This document shows positions 12,230 to 26,689 of a DNA stretch of 64,000 bases, piece after piece. Every line of letters starts with the position of its first letter. Position 1 is the stretch's first letter. The position numbers and the translations under genes were made by a program. The notes under the pieces are model-generated. The model had not been told where the DNA came from. It searched no databases and saw only the letters and a program-made list of their open reading frames with translations. Source of the DNA: Oopsacas minuta (Eukaryota > Animalia > Porifera). The stretch is from contig JAKMXF010000122.1 of the NCBI GenBank assembly GCA_024704765.1, forward strand, positions 310,001-374,000, read 5' to 3'.

Positions 12230-15200
12230 GAATAACAATTCCCTCTTTTGGGACTGCCTGGATTTTTCTTCGCTGATTTCACGAAAGTAGTTACATTTGG
12301 GTGAGCGTCCATTTTCTTATTCAATAATCCATAAGCGATAACATGAGAACATGCTTTGTAGTCACATAGCTGGGACAAGTGCAGGAATACTGAACTTTGT
12401 ATCTACAAGATTCATCTAAGGATTCTGTAATGGCATAGAAACCTTCTCTTTCTAAAATAAAGGAGTCGAGATCCGTATATTGATCCACGTGTAGAGACGC
12501 AGATTTATATTTCAAAAATAAGTCGGTAATTTCTTGTATATATTCTTCCGAAGAAAAGTATAAAAGTTGTAACCTTCTACATGGGATGACAAATTGCTTT
12601 CGAGAAGAAACAGGAGCACTATAGGAATAAAGCAAAAAAGACTCGATTAATATAATGTTTTGAATTAAAGAGAGTAAAAGGGTTTGGCAAGTTATTAGGT
12701 AGCTAGTATGGATAATAACTTGAATCGATTTTTTGTTGTAAACTATCCAATCTCCAAATTACTTCATCCACTTCCTGTCGTTGCGCTGTAACTTCCGTCC
12801 AGCTAGTCTGGATTTGGTGAACATCCATATAATGGATATTCTGCTGGTGAGTGTGGTACATTGCCTTCTCTAGCAAGTAGCAATACTTGCTTTTTGAATG
12901 ATATAACCTTTCCATAAGTATATCCTATAGAATGTTAAAATAGTCAAGAGAACCAACGAATAAATTTCGTAGTTAATTTAAGAATTGAGTATACTTTATT
13001 GATGTACTAACCTTTTCTGCGAGGAGTTGTGCCAATGATTCTTCTAAAGATAATCCTGGTAAATCGTCTAATTGAAATGTTTCTGCTGGAAATATGCCAT
13101 CAGACTAACTTGAAGCTAACATTTCAAATGCTCTTTGGAAAAATCCTCTAATACGGCTGAGGACATGCTTGGGAGGATCACAATCTAGATCCAGTGGATG
13201 TGATGGAAGACTTCTCGACTCCAATTTGCTTTGGAATGAAATAAATTTAATCGCTTCCTTCAGATACAATATATCACCCGGCGTGGTTTGCATGAGTGTT
13301 TTCTTAATGGGTGGAAAATTTTTCTTGAGAATTATTATCAGTTGGGATACCGGGACCAACTTAACACGTAACCAGCCATCTTTGTTTGGGGGACCATATT
13401 CTGAGAGGAAGCTCTTCATGGAATTTGGGTAGGTATTTGAGTATTTATTTGCCCATAACTTCAATCCAATCGTAGATTCAGTGTAGGTTGGTAATTTCTA
13501 AATAAAGATAATGAGACAGTATTATTATTGTGTAACTAGTATTTTAACAAGTTTGGAGGCTGTCCAAATGAATCACCTAGAAATATAATTATTGCAAATC
13601 ATTACCTGAATTCTGCATGTATTCAAGGATTGGTTTTAGATTAGCCTTTGTGATTACATCCTTCTTACCCAGGTAGCTTTCAAAGATTTACTTCTGTGAG
13701 CTAAATGGAAATAACAATTTCCTAGGATCAATTGCGGACTTATAAATTCTTCCCTTATAGCAGCGAAAATAGCATCATCATCATTATCATTCATGCTGCG
13801 AGTAAGTCTCTTTTCGTTTAATTTGAAACATCTTATGCACATCTTCATTTAATAACCGGAACATATTTAGATATTCTTTTGCTGTTTCATGCCTAGCATT
13901 TACAATACAGCTTAGATGATAGACTAATTGACAGTCAACTGAGCTAAAAGGAAAATAAAGTTTAAAATTACTTCATGATCACGTAAATGCTACATCAACT
14001 GGAAAGTATTGTCACAACATACCCGCATGCTAAAGTTTTCAATTTTGATTTACTCATTACAGGGTGGCCAATTAGTTCTGGCACATAACTTTATATCGAC
14101 CAAAATCTTTCATGATTTAGATTGATTGACGTTACTGGTTTGTATTTATTCTGTTACCTCTCGCAATACAATATTTATTGAAAAATACACTATTTGAAAA
14201 CAAGAAACTAATTATCAGCTATGGAGAAAGAACGGTCAGCGATTGTTGAATTATTTCAAAAAGGGAAAAACAAAAGGAAATAATGAAACTTTTAAAAATT
14301 CCACAGACACGTCGGAATTTCGCAATCCGTACAATAAAACGCTTCAGTGAGACTGGTGGCGTGATCAGGACAGAGCCAGAACTGGCCGTCCGGTCTCCAT
14401 CACGACCGTAAAGATGCGAAAGGTAGTGCGGAGTCGAGTGTGGTGAAATCCTCAGCGATCGATCAGAAAAATGGCTAAAGAACTGAAAATATCCCCGTGG
14501 ATCTCTTCAACAATTGTCAAGAGTGACTTTGGGCTATCTTCGTTTCAGAAAAGGAAAGTCCATTTCCTTTCAGACAAAATAAAGACAAAGAGGTTCTCAA
14601 GAAGCAAAGTCCTCCATACACGATTCGCAGCCCAGGAGCTGGATCAATTCCTTTTCACCGTTGAACAAGCCTTCAATTATCAAAACGATAGAATATTATC
14701 TAAAAGCACTTCTACTATCCCTGATGAGTACCGATACGTCAAAAGAGTCCAGAAACCACTCTCGTTGATGGTTTGGGCCAATATCTTCTGTTTGCCGAAC
14801 ACCACTGGTGTTCGTCCTTGCAGGGGCAAAATAAATGTTGCAAGGTATAAGGAGTTCATTTTACAGCCCATTGTGAAAGAGCTTGGGGAGATGATGTTTG
14901 AAAACCAGCCGTTCATATTCCAACAAGACGGTGCTCCTGCCCATACAGCAAACAGTACTCAGGAATTGCTTCGGACAAATATTCCTGACTTTATCTCAAA
15001 GGTAGAATGGCCGCCGTCTAGCCCAGACCTCAACCCTCTAGATTTCTCAGTGTGGTCCATTTTAGAGTCAAGTGCTTGCTCGAAGTCCCATAACAGTATT
15101 GAGTCTCTAAAGCAATCCTGACGAGAGAATGGGCAAAGATCCCACAGGAGATGCTGCGTACTGCAGTGTGGGCAGTCCCCGGGCGTCTGAAGGCTGTTAT

Positions 15201-16035
15201 CAAAAAGAAAGGCGGATACATGAATAGAGATTGTGCACAATAAACTCATAATGCCTAACTACTTATGCTAAAATATCAACTCAATATAATGAATATTGGT
15301 TAAATTATAATAGTTTTTCTATGCGCCAGAACTTATTGGCCACCCTGTATATGAGTTGTATCAGAGTTGATGAACCTATTAAGAACTGACATATTTTTCA
15401 GCATATTCATGTGTTGAATCGTTAAGAAAAGTTCTCCTTTGTCACTGTATATTTCCTCCGGCTTTTGACGAACAAATAATTGTGAATGATCTTGGTATAT
15501 AGAGACTTCGTCGCACATCGCATGACGAGCTTCTTCCACATGTACACCAAATATATTAGATTTGTTATTTTGTTTAAAAATAACAAATTTAATATATCTT
15601 GATTTTATCGTAAGGTACGAACGTCAGATCAGGTCTTTGGTTTACCATAATATCAAATATCTTTCTAGGTAGAGAGTAGGGGTTTGATTTCAGTATTCCT
15701 AAACACAGTTGCTTCTTTTCATAAGACAATCCTTTATTAAGCAACTCTACTTTTTGATTACATTCATCACGTTTGTGGTGACCGAATAAGCAAACCTTGT
15801 ACTCTGAACCATATTTTTCGATTTTGGCCTTTATTGAGCAATCAGGATATGTAATCCTGCTGAATTTGCAATAATCCAGCACATAATCTGCTTTCATCAC
15901 CCTCCTTGCCCTAAATTTGAGAGTTTCAATTAACTCTCGGGCCTCTTCTAATGTTGTAGTGATATTCATCTCTTCCCATACCATCTTTCTTTTTGTCGCT
16001 GGCGACAATTTTTCAAAATCAGTAGGTTCTCCCAT
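12230..16035 (-). pseudogene. Intron-containing MULE transposase (WRKY-like DNA-binding domain, DDE core, SWIM-like finger), interrupted by a maT element
   Basis: N-terminal YCKF..YPDCSIKAKI...HH (15589-16035), NSDTT (first Asp, ~15355), NDDDAIFAAIREEF..GNCYFH (second Asp plus CxxH) and SCTCPSY..KH near the C-terminus. In-frame GT-AG introns at 13668-13498 and 13011-12925. Confidence 0.7.
14060..15347 (+). mobile_element. maT-type DD37D transposon, 1288 bp, frameshifted transposase (~14221-15227)
   Basis: 28-bp TIR CAGGGTGGCCAAT(T/A)AGTTCTGGC(A/G)CATA and TA TSD. QQDGAPAH...SPDLNPLD spacing is 37. Confidence 0.92.
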
Positions 16036-16102
16036 AAAGAATTGTGGAATGGAGCTGCGAACGGATTTGAAATCTTATTGGAATTATATATACATATATA
16101 TA

Positions 16103-17380
16103 CCGAGTGTTCAATAAGTTCGAGTAAAAGTATGCTTACAGTACAGATAGTTATAAAAATACTATTTCAAATGTTCGAAATACTCCCCATTAGCATCAAT
16201 ACACCTTTGACACCGTTCTAACTGCATGTCAAATAGTCTTGAGTAGCGACTTTCTGGTATGAGGTCAATTGCATCCAAAAATGCGACGCTCAGCTCTGTT
16301 TCCGAATCAAAACGTCTACCTTTTAGATGGCGTTTTATAGTAGGAAACAACCAGAAGTCACAAGAGGCTAGATCTGGGCTATAGGTGGATGATCGATCAA
16401 TTATAGCCCCGATTGTTTGATATAGTCCTTAGTTTTTCGTGCAGTGTGAGCTGGAGCATTGTCATGGTGGAATTTCATTCCGCGAAGACCAGTCTTTGGA
16501 CGCAACCTCTCGACAGCTTGGAACACTTGCGGAAGACAATTTTCAGTGTACCAAGTTGCAGTATCAGTGTGCTTCTCAGGAAGCATCACATATTCTCTTA
16601 TCCCTCTTGTAGAGAAGAAAACAGCAAACATTCGCTTGCCGACCGCCCTGGTTTGCTTAGGAATTGTGTCCGGTTGCTCGTCTTCAAAGATCCATTTTGA
16701 GCTCTGCTGCTTTGATTGAATGTCGTAATAATAGATCTATGTCTCGTCACTAGTTATGACTTCTGACCAGCGTCGCGGATCTTTTTTGGAATACTTTAGC
16801 AGCATAAAACGACAAAATTCTATTCGACGATCTTTTTGCTCAAAATTTAATAAATGGGGGACCAACTTAGAACAAACCCTCTTTAGCCCAAGGTGTTGGT
16901 GTAAGATTGTTTCTATTATCCCCGATGAGACCGAAACCTCGAAAGCGAACTGTCTGACAGTGATTTGCCTATCCTCAGTTACAAGCTTCAATACTTTGTC
17001 GATATTCTCCTCTGAGCGTGACTCATCGTCAAGGATGTGTGGCCTAAACGGAATTGACGATACCACTTGTAGATGTTGGATTGAGTTGGACTTTGATCCC
17101 CAAAGATAGAAAACATCTCACAACTGCAATCCGCAACGTTTAATTCACGTTTGAAATTGTAGAAAATGATCGCACGGAAATCTCTCTTATTCAAATTTTC
17201 CATAATATTAAAATATTGAAAGTGAAGACTATAAAATTAGCTACAAAAAATCGAGTCTAGTACTTATAATCCTGAAATTTGGTTAGGAAGTATGGATTCA
17301 TTCGGTATGTATGTGGTTGCGTTAATTTAGCTCTACTGTAAGTGCTTTGTATAGTTTACTCGAACTTATTGAACACTCGG
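16103..17380 (-). mobile_element. mariner DD34D transposon, 1278 bp, frameshifted transposase (~16162-17203)
   Basis: Perfect 26-bp TIR CCGAGTGTTCAATAAGTTCGAGTAAA and TA TSD. Motifs ITSDET, HHDNAPAH and a frameshifted YSPDLAxCD. Confidence 0.93.
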
Positions 17381-17414
17381 TATATATATATATATGAATA
17401 ATATATCAATATAT

Positions 17415-17486
17415 GCATTGCCAAATTAATTGCTTTTGTTTGCCAAAATAATTGAAATCGTTTGCCAAAATAATTGAATTCAGTTG
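17415..17486 (-). repeat. Inverted copy of the 10400-10580 repeat, probable right subterminal arm of the MULE
   Basis: TGCCAAATTAATTGCTTTTGTTTGCCAAAATAATTGAA is the reverse complement of the left block. Confidence 0.75.
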
Positions 17487-18499
17487 GCTAGATAATATTA
17501 CATTCAATACAAAATATATATTTTAGCATATTTTAACAAATTTTTGCCTTTATGGGATGATGACATACATTTCTACAAGAATGAAATACAGTGTGCAAAA
17601 AGCGCATGGTTCTGAGATATACGCTCTAGGATAATAATCTCAAACTCGTTTAACAATCACTGGTCCAAGAAAAGAAATTGGCCCCATCTCTTTAGTGTAT
17701 TAGCATGCTATGATTCACCATATCAAATTTGAATGGAATCCAAAATTAAGTATTGGTACCCTAATAGTATTTTGAAGAGTTCTAAAATTTCGTGCTTTTT
17801 GACGGATTTTCTACACAATTTGCGGAAAATGAAGGTTGAGCAGGGCTGTAGAACTGAAAAATTAGAATTGTGCAGTTAGGGAGTGTTCTTATGTAGGTCA
17901 ACAATACATTATGATAACCACTCTTATAGAGCTTAGAACATATTACTGAAAATCGCTTCACTCCATTTTCGCTAATTTCTCCTATACTGTACAAGATTGG
18001 TTATGGAATAATGTTAATCACCGACATGAACCCATCCCCAAAGTGCTCAATTCCAAAATTTCAGATATGCAGACAAGATCGGACAACAATTTTCATCACA
18101 ATTGAACGAAAACCGGATCAAAAGCATTAATAACCACCACATCTACAAATATATATTGAGGTATTCCAATATCTGGTTGTACTAAAAACCCGGGACGGGC
18201 GGGATAGCGGCGAGACATCCCGGGAAATCACTGGGCAGGTCTTTATCCTTATAATACGTCCAAAATTTCATGAGAAGCTTCATTCTGGGAGTAGAATGTG
18301 ATCTAATGTTATTTTCCAAGTATTAATTCAATACTTGTTACATATGACACTTATGTACCACTGTACGTATAATTAAATAGTCAAAATATACGTATAGCAG
18401 GTATAATTATCTCGATGATGACAGAAATAGTAACTAAATTACAAACGGCTAGGGCAGAGCCACTCTGCTCCAGGTTTGCAATAATCAATTGATACCTTC

Positions 18500-18900
18500 T
18501 GGCAGTACTTACCATAGTACCACAACTTTAAAATATGCACTGTATCATTGGTACCATTTTCATTTCAGGAATACGGAAAATGCAGTGAAATTAAACGATT
18601 TCATTAGTTTCACTCTTCTACCCTTGGCGACGTTCTTTTCCTGTCCTGAACAAAGTAAACTGCATATTCAATAAACATACACTCAAATGACTCCTCATAC
18701 GTTGCTGATAGAAGTGGTAACTCCCTATGAATGGCCAAAACAGATAGCTACTGCAAATGCCAGTGGGAAAACACCACAATGGATCTTTCCTGATTGCATT
18801 TGGACATCTAGGAAATCAAAAGTCAAGCTTTGCTCATTAACCCAAAGGGTGGCGTAGTAGCGTACATTAAGCCTAAATCCTTAACTTCAATGTGAATTAC
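18500..18900 (-). pseudogene. Decayed Ulp1-like cysteine-protease plus PHD-finger fragment, probably transposon cargo
   Basis: The minus strand reads VQMQSGKIHCGVFPLAFAVAICFG...FYQQRMRSHL (QxQ..DCG.FA.AFA type motif), then a degenerate HCIFRIPE..MIQC. Confidence 0.45.
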
Positions 18901-21900
18901 ATTATAGATATTCAAAGAACAATATGTTAAGTACCAGACGAATTAATAAAGTCAGAATATTATTTTGGTAACAACCTTTGAAGGAATAAATAAAATAATT
19001 ACTGAAAAAAATGAAGTCAATGATGGTATTCAAACCAAGGATAATCAAGTTATGAGGGTACGATATTACACACCACACAATTAAAACTATCAAATCCTCA
19101 ATAATGAAATGGGACGTATATGCTCAATTTCACAAGGTAATAGCGAACAATACACAAAACCACAATACAAAGGCATCGTGAACGAATGCGAAGGAAAAAT
19201 TCCATCAATATGGCAGCAAAAAAACAAATACAGTGTCTTTGATTCAAGATAATCCCGTTACCAATACGACAAGGCGAATTTACAAAAAATCGATACATGT
19301 AATGAGACCATATATTTTATGGTAACTCACACACATAGAAAACTAATCGATTTATCTGAATAGAACTCCCTGAGAAAATGATTCTAAGTCAAAAGAACAC
19401 CAAAATCGGATAAAAGTTGTGAAGTTTCTATTCCTTTTATAGAAAATAAATGAAATGATTAGAAATAGTATTCTATACATTATAAAATGGCACTATTAAT
19501 ATCTCGAACCATGAATGCAAAATAGCAATTATCCAACAGCAGTATTGGCTAAGTTAAGTTGGAACTTGAGGGGTATTCACTGAGATTAAGTTCTATCTTA
19601 ATCTCAGTGAAGTTCGAACACAAATATTAATTACCAGGGGGATTAGCGTCCCGTGGCAGCCCGAATAAGGCTTCAAATACGGCCCATTACTATTGTCAGG
19701 TTTAAATCTACGGGTGTGTATTGCACTAGTGTGATTATTTTGCATAGATAAGAGCAAATCTTTTTACTTACAAGCATTTTCAGGTTAGTGCCACATGTGG
19801 CACAAGTGGCACACCTAATATTCTGTGCTACTTCGTATGTCAATAACAATTATCTCAAGTTAGTTTCGGAAATCCCAAATGATTTTCATTCTGTATTCCA
19901 TTCTGGTGCCATCCTTCTAGTAATGTGGCAATTCCGCCACTTGTTTCACAATTATGAAAAGTCAAATATATGAATGAGCCTGCTCTAAACATTTCGAAAT
20001 TGTTATACAGATAGTTAGAATTCAAATATTGTATCAGAATTGTCCGATCCCATTTGAATTCTATACAATCTGAAATTGAATACTAATTAGCATATTATCT
20101 CATTAATCAATAAGTGTAGTTAGAATATATTCATTGATTTAGCCTGGACAATGATAACTAACATAGTCAAATTGTTATTTCATGTATATTAAAGTATCTA
20201 TTTCAAATAATAGCCTTATTTAAAGGATTGACAATTGACTATTTAGTGGTGAGCAAGTACTTGTGTTCGGTTAGTGTATTTTAGAAAGATGAATCAAAAA
20301 GTGTCAAAATATGATTTTCAACACTTCTGCGCCATCTCTAAACCATCTGGTGAATTTTTTCTAAGGTACATTTCATGACATAAAGCAACTCGTCTGACGA
20401 TGCCCAGTAATCTTTTCATAAAAATACATGTTTTGGCCACCTATGATACAGCAATATTCATAATTATTCTACTATAAAGTATTACAGCCGAAGTTTTATG
20501 TTCTTAACGAAAAGGATGCGATAACTTTACCACTGTGTTATAATAATTTACGCACCCATATCAAGATTTCAGCACCTTTTGACGTCATAAAATGACACAT
20601 TTTCCTGATCATATTCGGTTAAGAGTACCTCTACCCCCTAACACAAGTGCATTAAGTAGGAATATTGTACAGTTGTGTCCAGTATTAGCATTTCGTTATG
20701 TAGCAAAAGATATCCAGCCGACAGACTGGTGCTGCAGCTTAGGGTTATGTATTTATGTACATTACCTCTGATCATACCGTGGAGCTGCCATAACGTACCA
20801 GACCTCGACTGATTTTGGTTTCTTGGGACTTATAAATATTTCAGGATATTCAATATTATTCGTCCCCTCCTAAACTTCAGGTTCTATCCAAAAATACTAT
20901 AGATAACAATATAAATAATTAGCCTTCGAATGAAAAAGGGTCTCCCGTGACGGAAACTGTTAATTCAGGTCATTTTCATACGTCACCACTGGAATCGATC
21001 ATTAATATCAAGAACTTAGAGATATTTTGTTCAAAGTATGAAAGGAACTACAGACACAGGGACGTAGGAAGCAAGAAATTGCTACTGCGAGGTATCTTGT
21101 ATTGTTGCGACATCTAGCACATCTAACCATTAGAAATAATAGAAATTTTGATTTATTTTTGCGCGGGGGCCACACCTGTCACATCAGCTCCTACCTCCTT
21201 GGGAGAAGAGATCACTAATTATAGACACACAGATAAAGACTTGCTGTTGAGCGGCGGATACAATTCAATAGAACAATATATATAGAGAGAAGCAAGAAAG
21301 ACCATAATAAATCATATGGCACAGATTAAGAAATATTTCTATCTGCGAAATTGTTAAACTAACACATAAGTCTATCGTGATGCACTAACTTCATGGATTT
21401 TGCATAGTCACCATCACCTAATGTGTTGAGATGGAAAAGTAAATTTGGTAATGTCTGATATACCATAGGCATTCTCTCTCTTCACAAAAACATGGTCTGT
21501 ATTGGTATTATATTTTCTTAGATATTGATGTGTAGAGTATACATAGTTTGCTGCTAACTTTGCTGTTAACTTCACACTAATCTCCTTAACGCACTATTCA
21601 TTAGAAAAATAAGGCGGCTGTCTATTCATATCTCTCACCTACATAATATACTGCGTGTTAAGTGGCTGACAAACCAATAAAATAGCACTCCAGTTCTTTA
21701 AGATTGGAATTTAATTGGAACTGCTCACCACTCGCCTATGTTTGGCTTCTATTAGCTAAACTACCCGCAAACATCAAAAATTTCATTCGACAAACTGTTA
21801 TAGCAGCTTTCGGTGTATATTAAACGGATGTATGAACTATATAAATTCCGAATTCACCGATATAGCTTTAACAACCAATCTCCACGAGTCCAGGATGATT

Positions 21901-24369
21901 TTGATAATACCCAAAAAGAAATTTGATTAAACAAATGAAAATGAATTCAGTTACAATTTTAATGCCTATAAATATCGTAATTTGCACTAACCACATCAAT
22001 CTAATCTGGGTAAATCTCAGAATTATCCATTTGTAAAAGCTACCACAAGGGCCATGCTGCTCCGGAACCCCCTTTATCTGCCCTGTATATATATATATAT
22101 TTATACTATGAACTCCTTAATTCAAGCGCTAGCATCTGGCAATCTTTTGGGTCCATTTGTATTTCAAAATTGGCAAGGTAGATACAAGAAAATATATTAT
22201 TGTCATATCAGAAATCATAGTCAGGGAGTCATTTGGTCAAAGTATCTTTTCCAAAATATTTGTGAGATGTGAGTTATGCGGTTTCACACCTTTTCGAGCT
22301 ATTGTAGTGAAGTTTACATCTCGTCATTATTCCTAGCTAGAATTATGAAATGAACTATCGTTGGATAGGAATTCACCTATAGTCAATCTGTAGGTGTTGT
22401 CTGTTCACTTATTGTAATCCATGTACTAGGCAATGGTGCAGGCAATTTTTTAGGACCAGCGATTGGTTAAACCAGTTTGGGATTACATCGGAGGCTATGG
22501 ATGGAGTATATATTTTAGGAGCAGTGCACTTTTGACTGAATAAATGTATTTGGTACTTGTAGATATACATTTCTCAATTATATTTTTCTCAACATTTGCC
22601 AAATCATTTGGTTAAAAGCATGAATTTGGTGAAATTTCCTAAAGTCCCTCCATCATAGTTATATTCGATGAAATTTGGAGTATGAAATAATCAAAATCGT
22701 TTCTATACGACATTTGTCTTGATTAAGTTCGCACTTTAATATATTCTAGCATATATAATTGAAGGTATCGTTTTGTCACTATCCAACTTTATTGGACAAT
22801 TATAGAATAGATTGTAAAAGTCAGGGTAGCCTTTTCATAGTATACAACTCCCATACCCCAATAATAAATCTCGATGTGATATTTCCCAAGATTATTGCGT
22901 TATTTTGAAAATGTCCATAAGTGGGCACATTCATGTTTCCGCCACATTCGTAATAGATACCTTATCAAAATAGTTTTAGGGGATGGGAAGTCTGGTGTTT
23001 ACCATAAAATGGAAATCTTGACATTTCGATAATCTACACGATTATCAAGTTATAAGTGGATATTGACAAACTTGTGTCATCAAGTGCCCTATAACTCAGC
23101 ATCAACTATATTTGAGTATCTATTATATATTTTGTCAAAGGTTTTTTGTTTTTTGATTCATAGGAGGGATTGAGGGATATACACCCCCTAGTATGAGTAA
23201 TTTATATGAAATCATAGTGGATTATGAAATTCATGCAAATACACTCAATAATTGGCTCAAATTCCAAACCTTAAATTTCTCCATGTTTGGCTGGCATATT
23301 TCCATATAGATCATGTATATTAACATAATTTCAGGTATATGCATTGTATTCTAAGGATTGAAGTGGCTTGAACTGAAAGGTGGGTAGGTACAAGAATTAT
23401 GAACACGGCAACACTTTATATGCTTATGAAAGTTTTGCCCAAGTTAGAATAAAAGTTATGCTATCAGGTAATTTGGATCCTCGAAATTTGCTTATCTTAA
23501 CTGCGTCATAGGCAATTGGCATGGAATCTTCTCTATGGATATCCAAGTACATTATCTCGTTGTATTTATGAGTATGTTGTATAACTTGTATTATTTGTAT
23601 ACATTTGCATGTACATAGGTTGCCAATAAATTTGCAGCGCAGATTGGGAACAAAATTTGTTGTAATTAGGCCTTGTCGTCCAGGGGCGAAGCTACTGGAC
23701 CCACTGGGGGCTTATTGCGCCCTAGATCACCAACTAGATAACTATCACCCTCCACCAGCAATTACTAGATCAGCCACAGTATGTAACCATGTATATTTAA
23801 ATATGTTCCTATGAAGTGACAAAAACGATTACAACTTTTTATAGATCACATTGACTGTATTAATATTGAATAAAAAATAATCAAACAAGACGAATTTTAC
23901 GTTTTTTTTCTATATCAAAATGCCACGATAAATTCAACTTGGTCCCAAGAAATCACAAATACATACCTAGAGAGGTTGAAATAGTATTCGGCACAATGAA
24001 TCCTCCTGATTAAGAGAAGTTAGGCTTAAGAAACAGCTTCATGACCAACTGGATAATTAGACAGATAATGTCTTACTGAACATACAGTCAGTCTCAAGCG
24101 CCAACAAACATGTTCGCGAACACGTTTAGAAAATGCGAATGTCACAGAGCGTCCCACCGGTCTAACATCCAAGTTGGAACGATGATATAATCAATTGACA
24201 GCGAGAGCTATACTAAGCCGGCTTCCCACATAAAGCGTCAGTTAGTATGCGAAGAATCTCAGAATAAAATTTGGCCTGACTTAGCTATCAGAGAGATTAC
24301 TAAGCCAAATCAAAATGTACAACAAATATTTGTCGCCTTTTTCTCTGCATTCTTTTCCTGCCTCAGAAA

Positions 24370-25440
24370 TTCTCGATAATGTAGTCGATGAACATTCAAC
24401 AAGCCTCATGAATTTTCCCTTCCCCATTGTGGGGCTAAATTTTTGGAGAACGAGAAACTCTCTAGTAGCCTTAAAATAGTGCTTCATATTTCCCTCTTGT
24501 AGAGGACTGGGAAGGTTGTTCTTCCTCCTTTTTGCTCCACTCCTTGAAATGTTTAAACATCTAATGACAGTCAAGGGAAAGTTCACAGACATCATGTATG
24601 AACCTACAATCTCCTCTTGCTTCGCTTCAAATGGTGTGATCCTTGATAAAGAACTACCTAACGCTACATAGAGTTACACTTTCCGCATTCAAAGAATTGT
24701 CCACCATTATATCGGCTAACTCACTCCAAGCAAGGCGCAGGGCCATCCTATGCCCAAATCTATTTTCATGATTGAACAACTGATGGAGTGGAAGAGAATT
24801 GTCAGCGAAATTTCGGAGAGGTATTTCTTCCAGAAATGAGAAGATTACAAGATATACTCCATTAGATTAGCCAATTTCAAACAAGTTTATGGAAATTGTG
24901 AAAGAAAATGGAGCCAGTGACGTTAGGATGGTCATCAGAGCTGATGATAGTCCAGATCTCAGACGATACAATGCTCCTACTGCTCCTGAGATTGATGTCA
25001 TAATGCCTGGAGGCGGGTACACAGAAGGACTAGCCACCAGAGACATGGTATTAAATGCATCTTCAGAGGTATGCAACTTATCACCGAGTGAAACTGTGCT
25101 TATGATCCTATATATCATGTTTATTGTTCCTTACAAGAGATAATGGGTTGCATTTGAAATTCCCTCACAGCCGAAGAAATGGATATGGAACTCCCAAGGG
25201 GTTCTACTTTTATCATATTATGGTTAGAGTAGAATTAAGCTCTCCACAACTCTGTGGTAGGCTCTACCACTAATAGTTGGGTGAATGTTTGCAAAGTCCA
25301 GTTACTGAGTCTCAATGGTTGCAAGTTTAATCAAATTATGCTCAGAATTGAACCATACAGTGGACTTAGCGATGCACTATCAGCTGGAGATATGAATCAT
25401 GGGAAATTTGGTAGAAGATTGATATTGCCTTCTGCCAAGG
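24370..25440 (+). pseudogene. Helitron Rep-helicase N-terminal fragment, heavily frameshifted
   Basis: Successive motifs PHCGAKFW, GKVVLPP, YTFRIQ..HHYIG, YAQIYFHD, DLRRYNAPTAPEI, AYDP and LRIEPYSGLSDAL...GRRLILPS, all typical of Helitron Rep. Confidence 0.8.
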
Positions 25441-26689
25441 ACGGATTAAGCCATAGACCGACTAAGCTGAAGCCTAGGGTACCGAATATTGAGGGGCCCT
25501 AAATATTATTTTGGCATTGATGAAGCCAATATACATTTAGGTATTTGGATGTCTCAAATTTATCAACCCCATTGCAACTTTCCACCTCGATAAATTCTCA
25601 AAATACAAATATTATGTATTTTTCTCCCTTTCATGAAGAAAGACGCATTTATTATTCAATAAATTCCCTGGATTCCCGAATAGCTTATATAAGATTCATA
25701 CTATTTCCTTAATCGAAAACCTGAGATCGTCTTGATTTGATTGTTCGGGTGTTCGAAAATCAAATTATGTGAATTTTCTGAAGAGCTCAGCATAGAACAC
25801 GTATTAGGGAAGCCTAAACATATGCATGCGCAATTGAATTTCTATAACGTGGCCTCCCTTAAGCTCATATGTTAGTGATTTATCAGAGTCAGATAAACCG
25901 GCAAAACCATCTGCTTAAATTCTATGCGGAGAAATTCTAACCCTAAAACATCACTAATCTTTATGTAATCGTGAAGCGTTGTATGATGCATAGTCCATTA
26001 GGAAAATCATGTAAACAGGCTCCAAACATGCAAGACGGAAATGTAGTAAACCATTTACTAAGGAATTTGGAGAATATACTAAATATTAACCATGAAATTG
26101 CTTTTGAGATAATCTGTGTGATGTTAGGGAAGAAAATATTCATGATTGCACTGAGAATTACATGAGTCAGAATTGGATTGATCAAGAATTTATAGAACAT
26201 AGTAACAGACAAATTCAGTGTCGAATTTAAACCAAAATATTCCAAAAGTAATGGAAACCTGAAATAAACGGCCGAGTCGAAATACGTGTGATAAATTAAT
26301 ACAAACAAAAGAATATATGGATATATAAATAGAAGTGAGCATATATACATTCAATAGAAATAGACTAAAATAGAGAATAAAGATATTGCGACAGATTAAG
26401 TTCAAATAAATTGGTGTATTGTTGTGGAATATAGGATGTATGAATACCGAAGAACATAGATTATGCAAAAGGGTTTATATAAGTACATTTCATACTAGTT
26501 ACTCAGTGACCAGATAGAAGCTGACAGAAACTATCAACAATTGCTCATACATAATTTTTTTTAGCAAAACACTTCTGCAGTACTTTAGGCTAACTTCAAC
26601 AGCTTGTTCACACGCTACATAGTATGCACATAATGATTCGTAGAGAGCAAATAAATATCATCTATCTAAATCTCAATAGTTATAGAACA

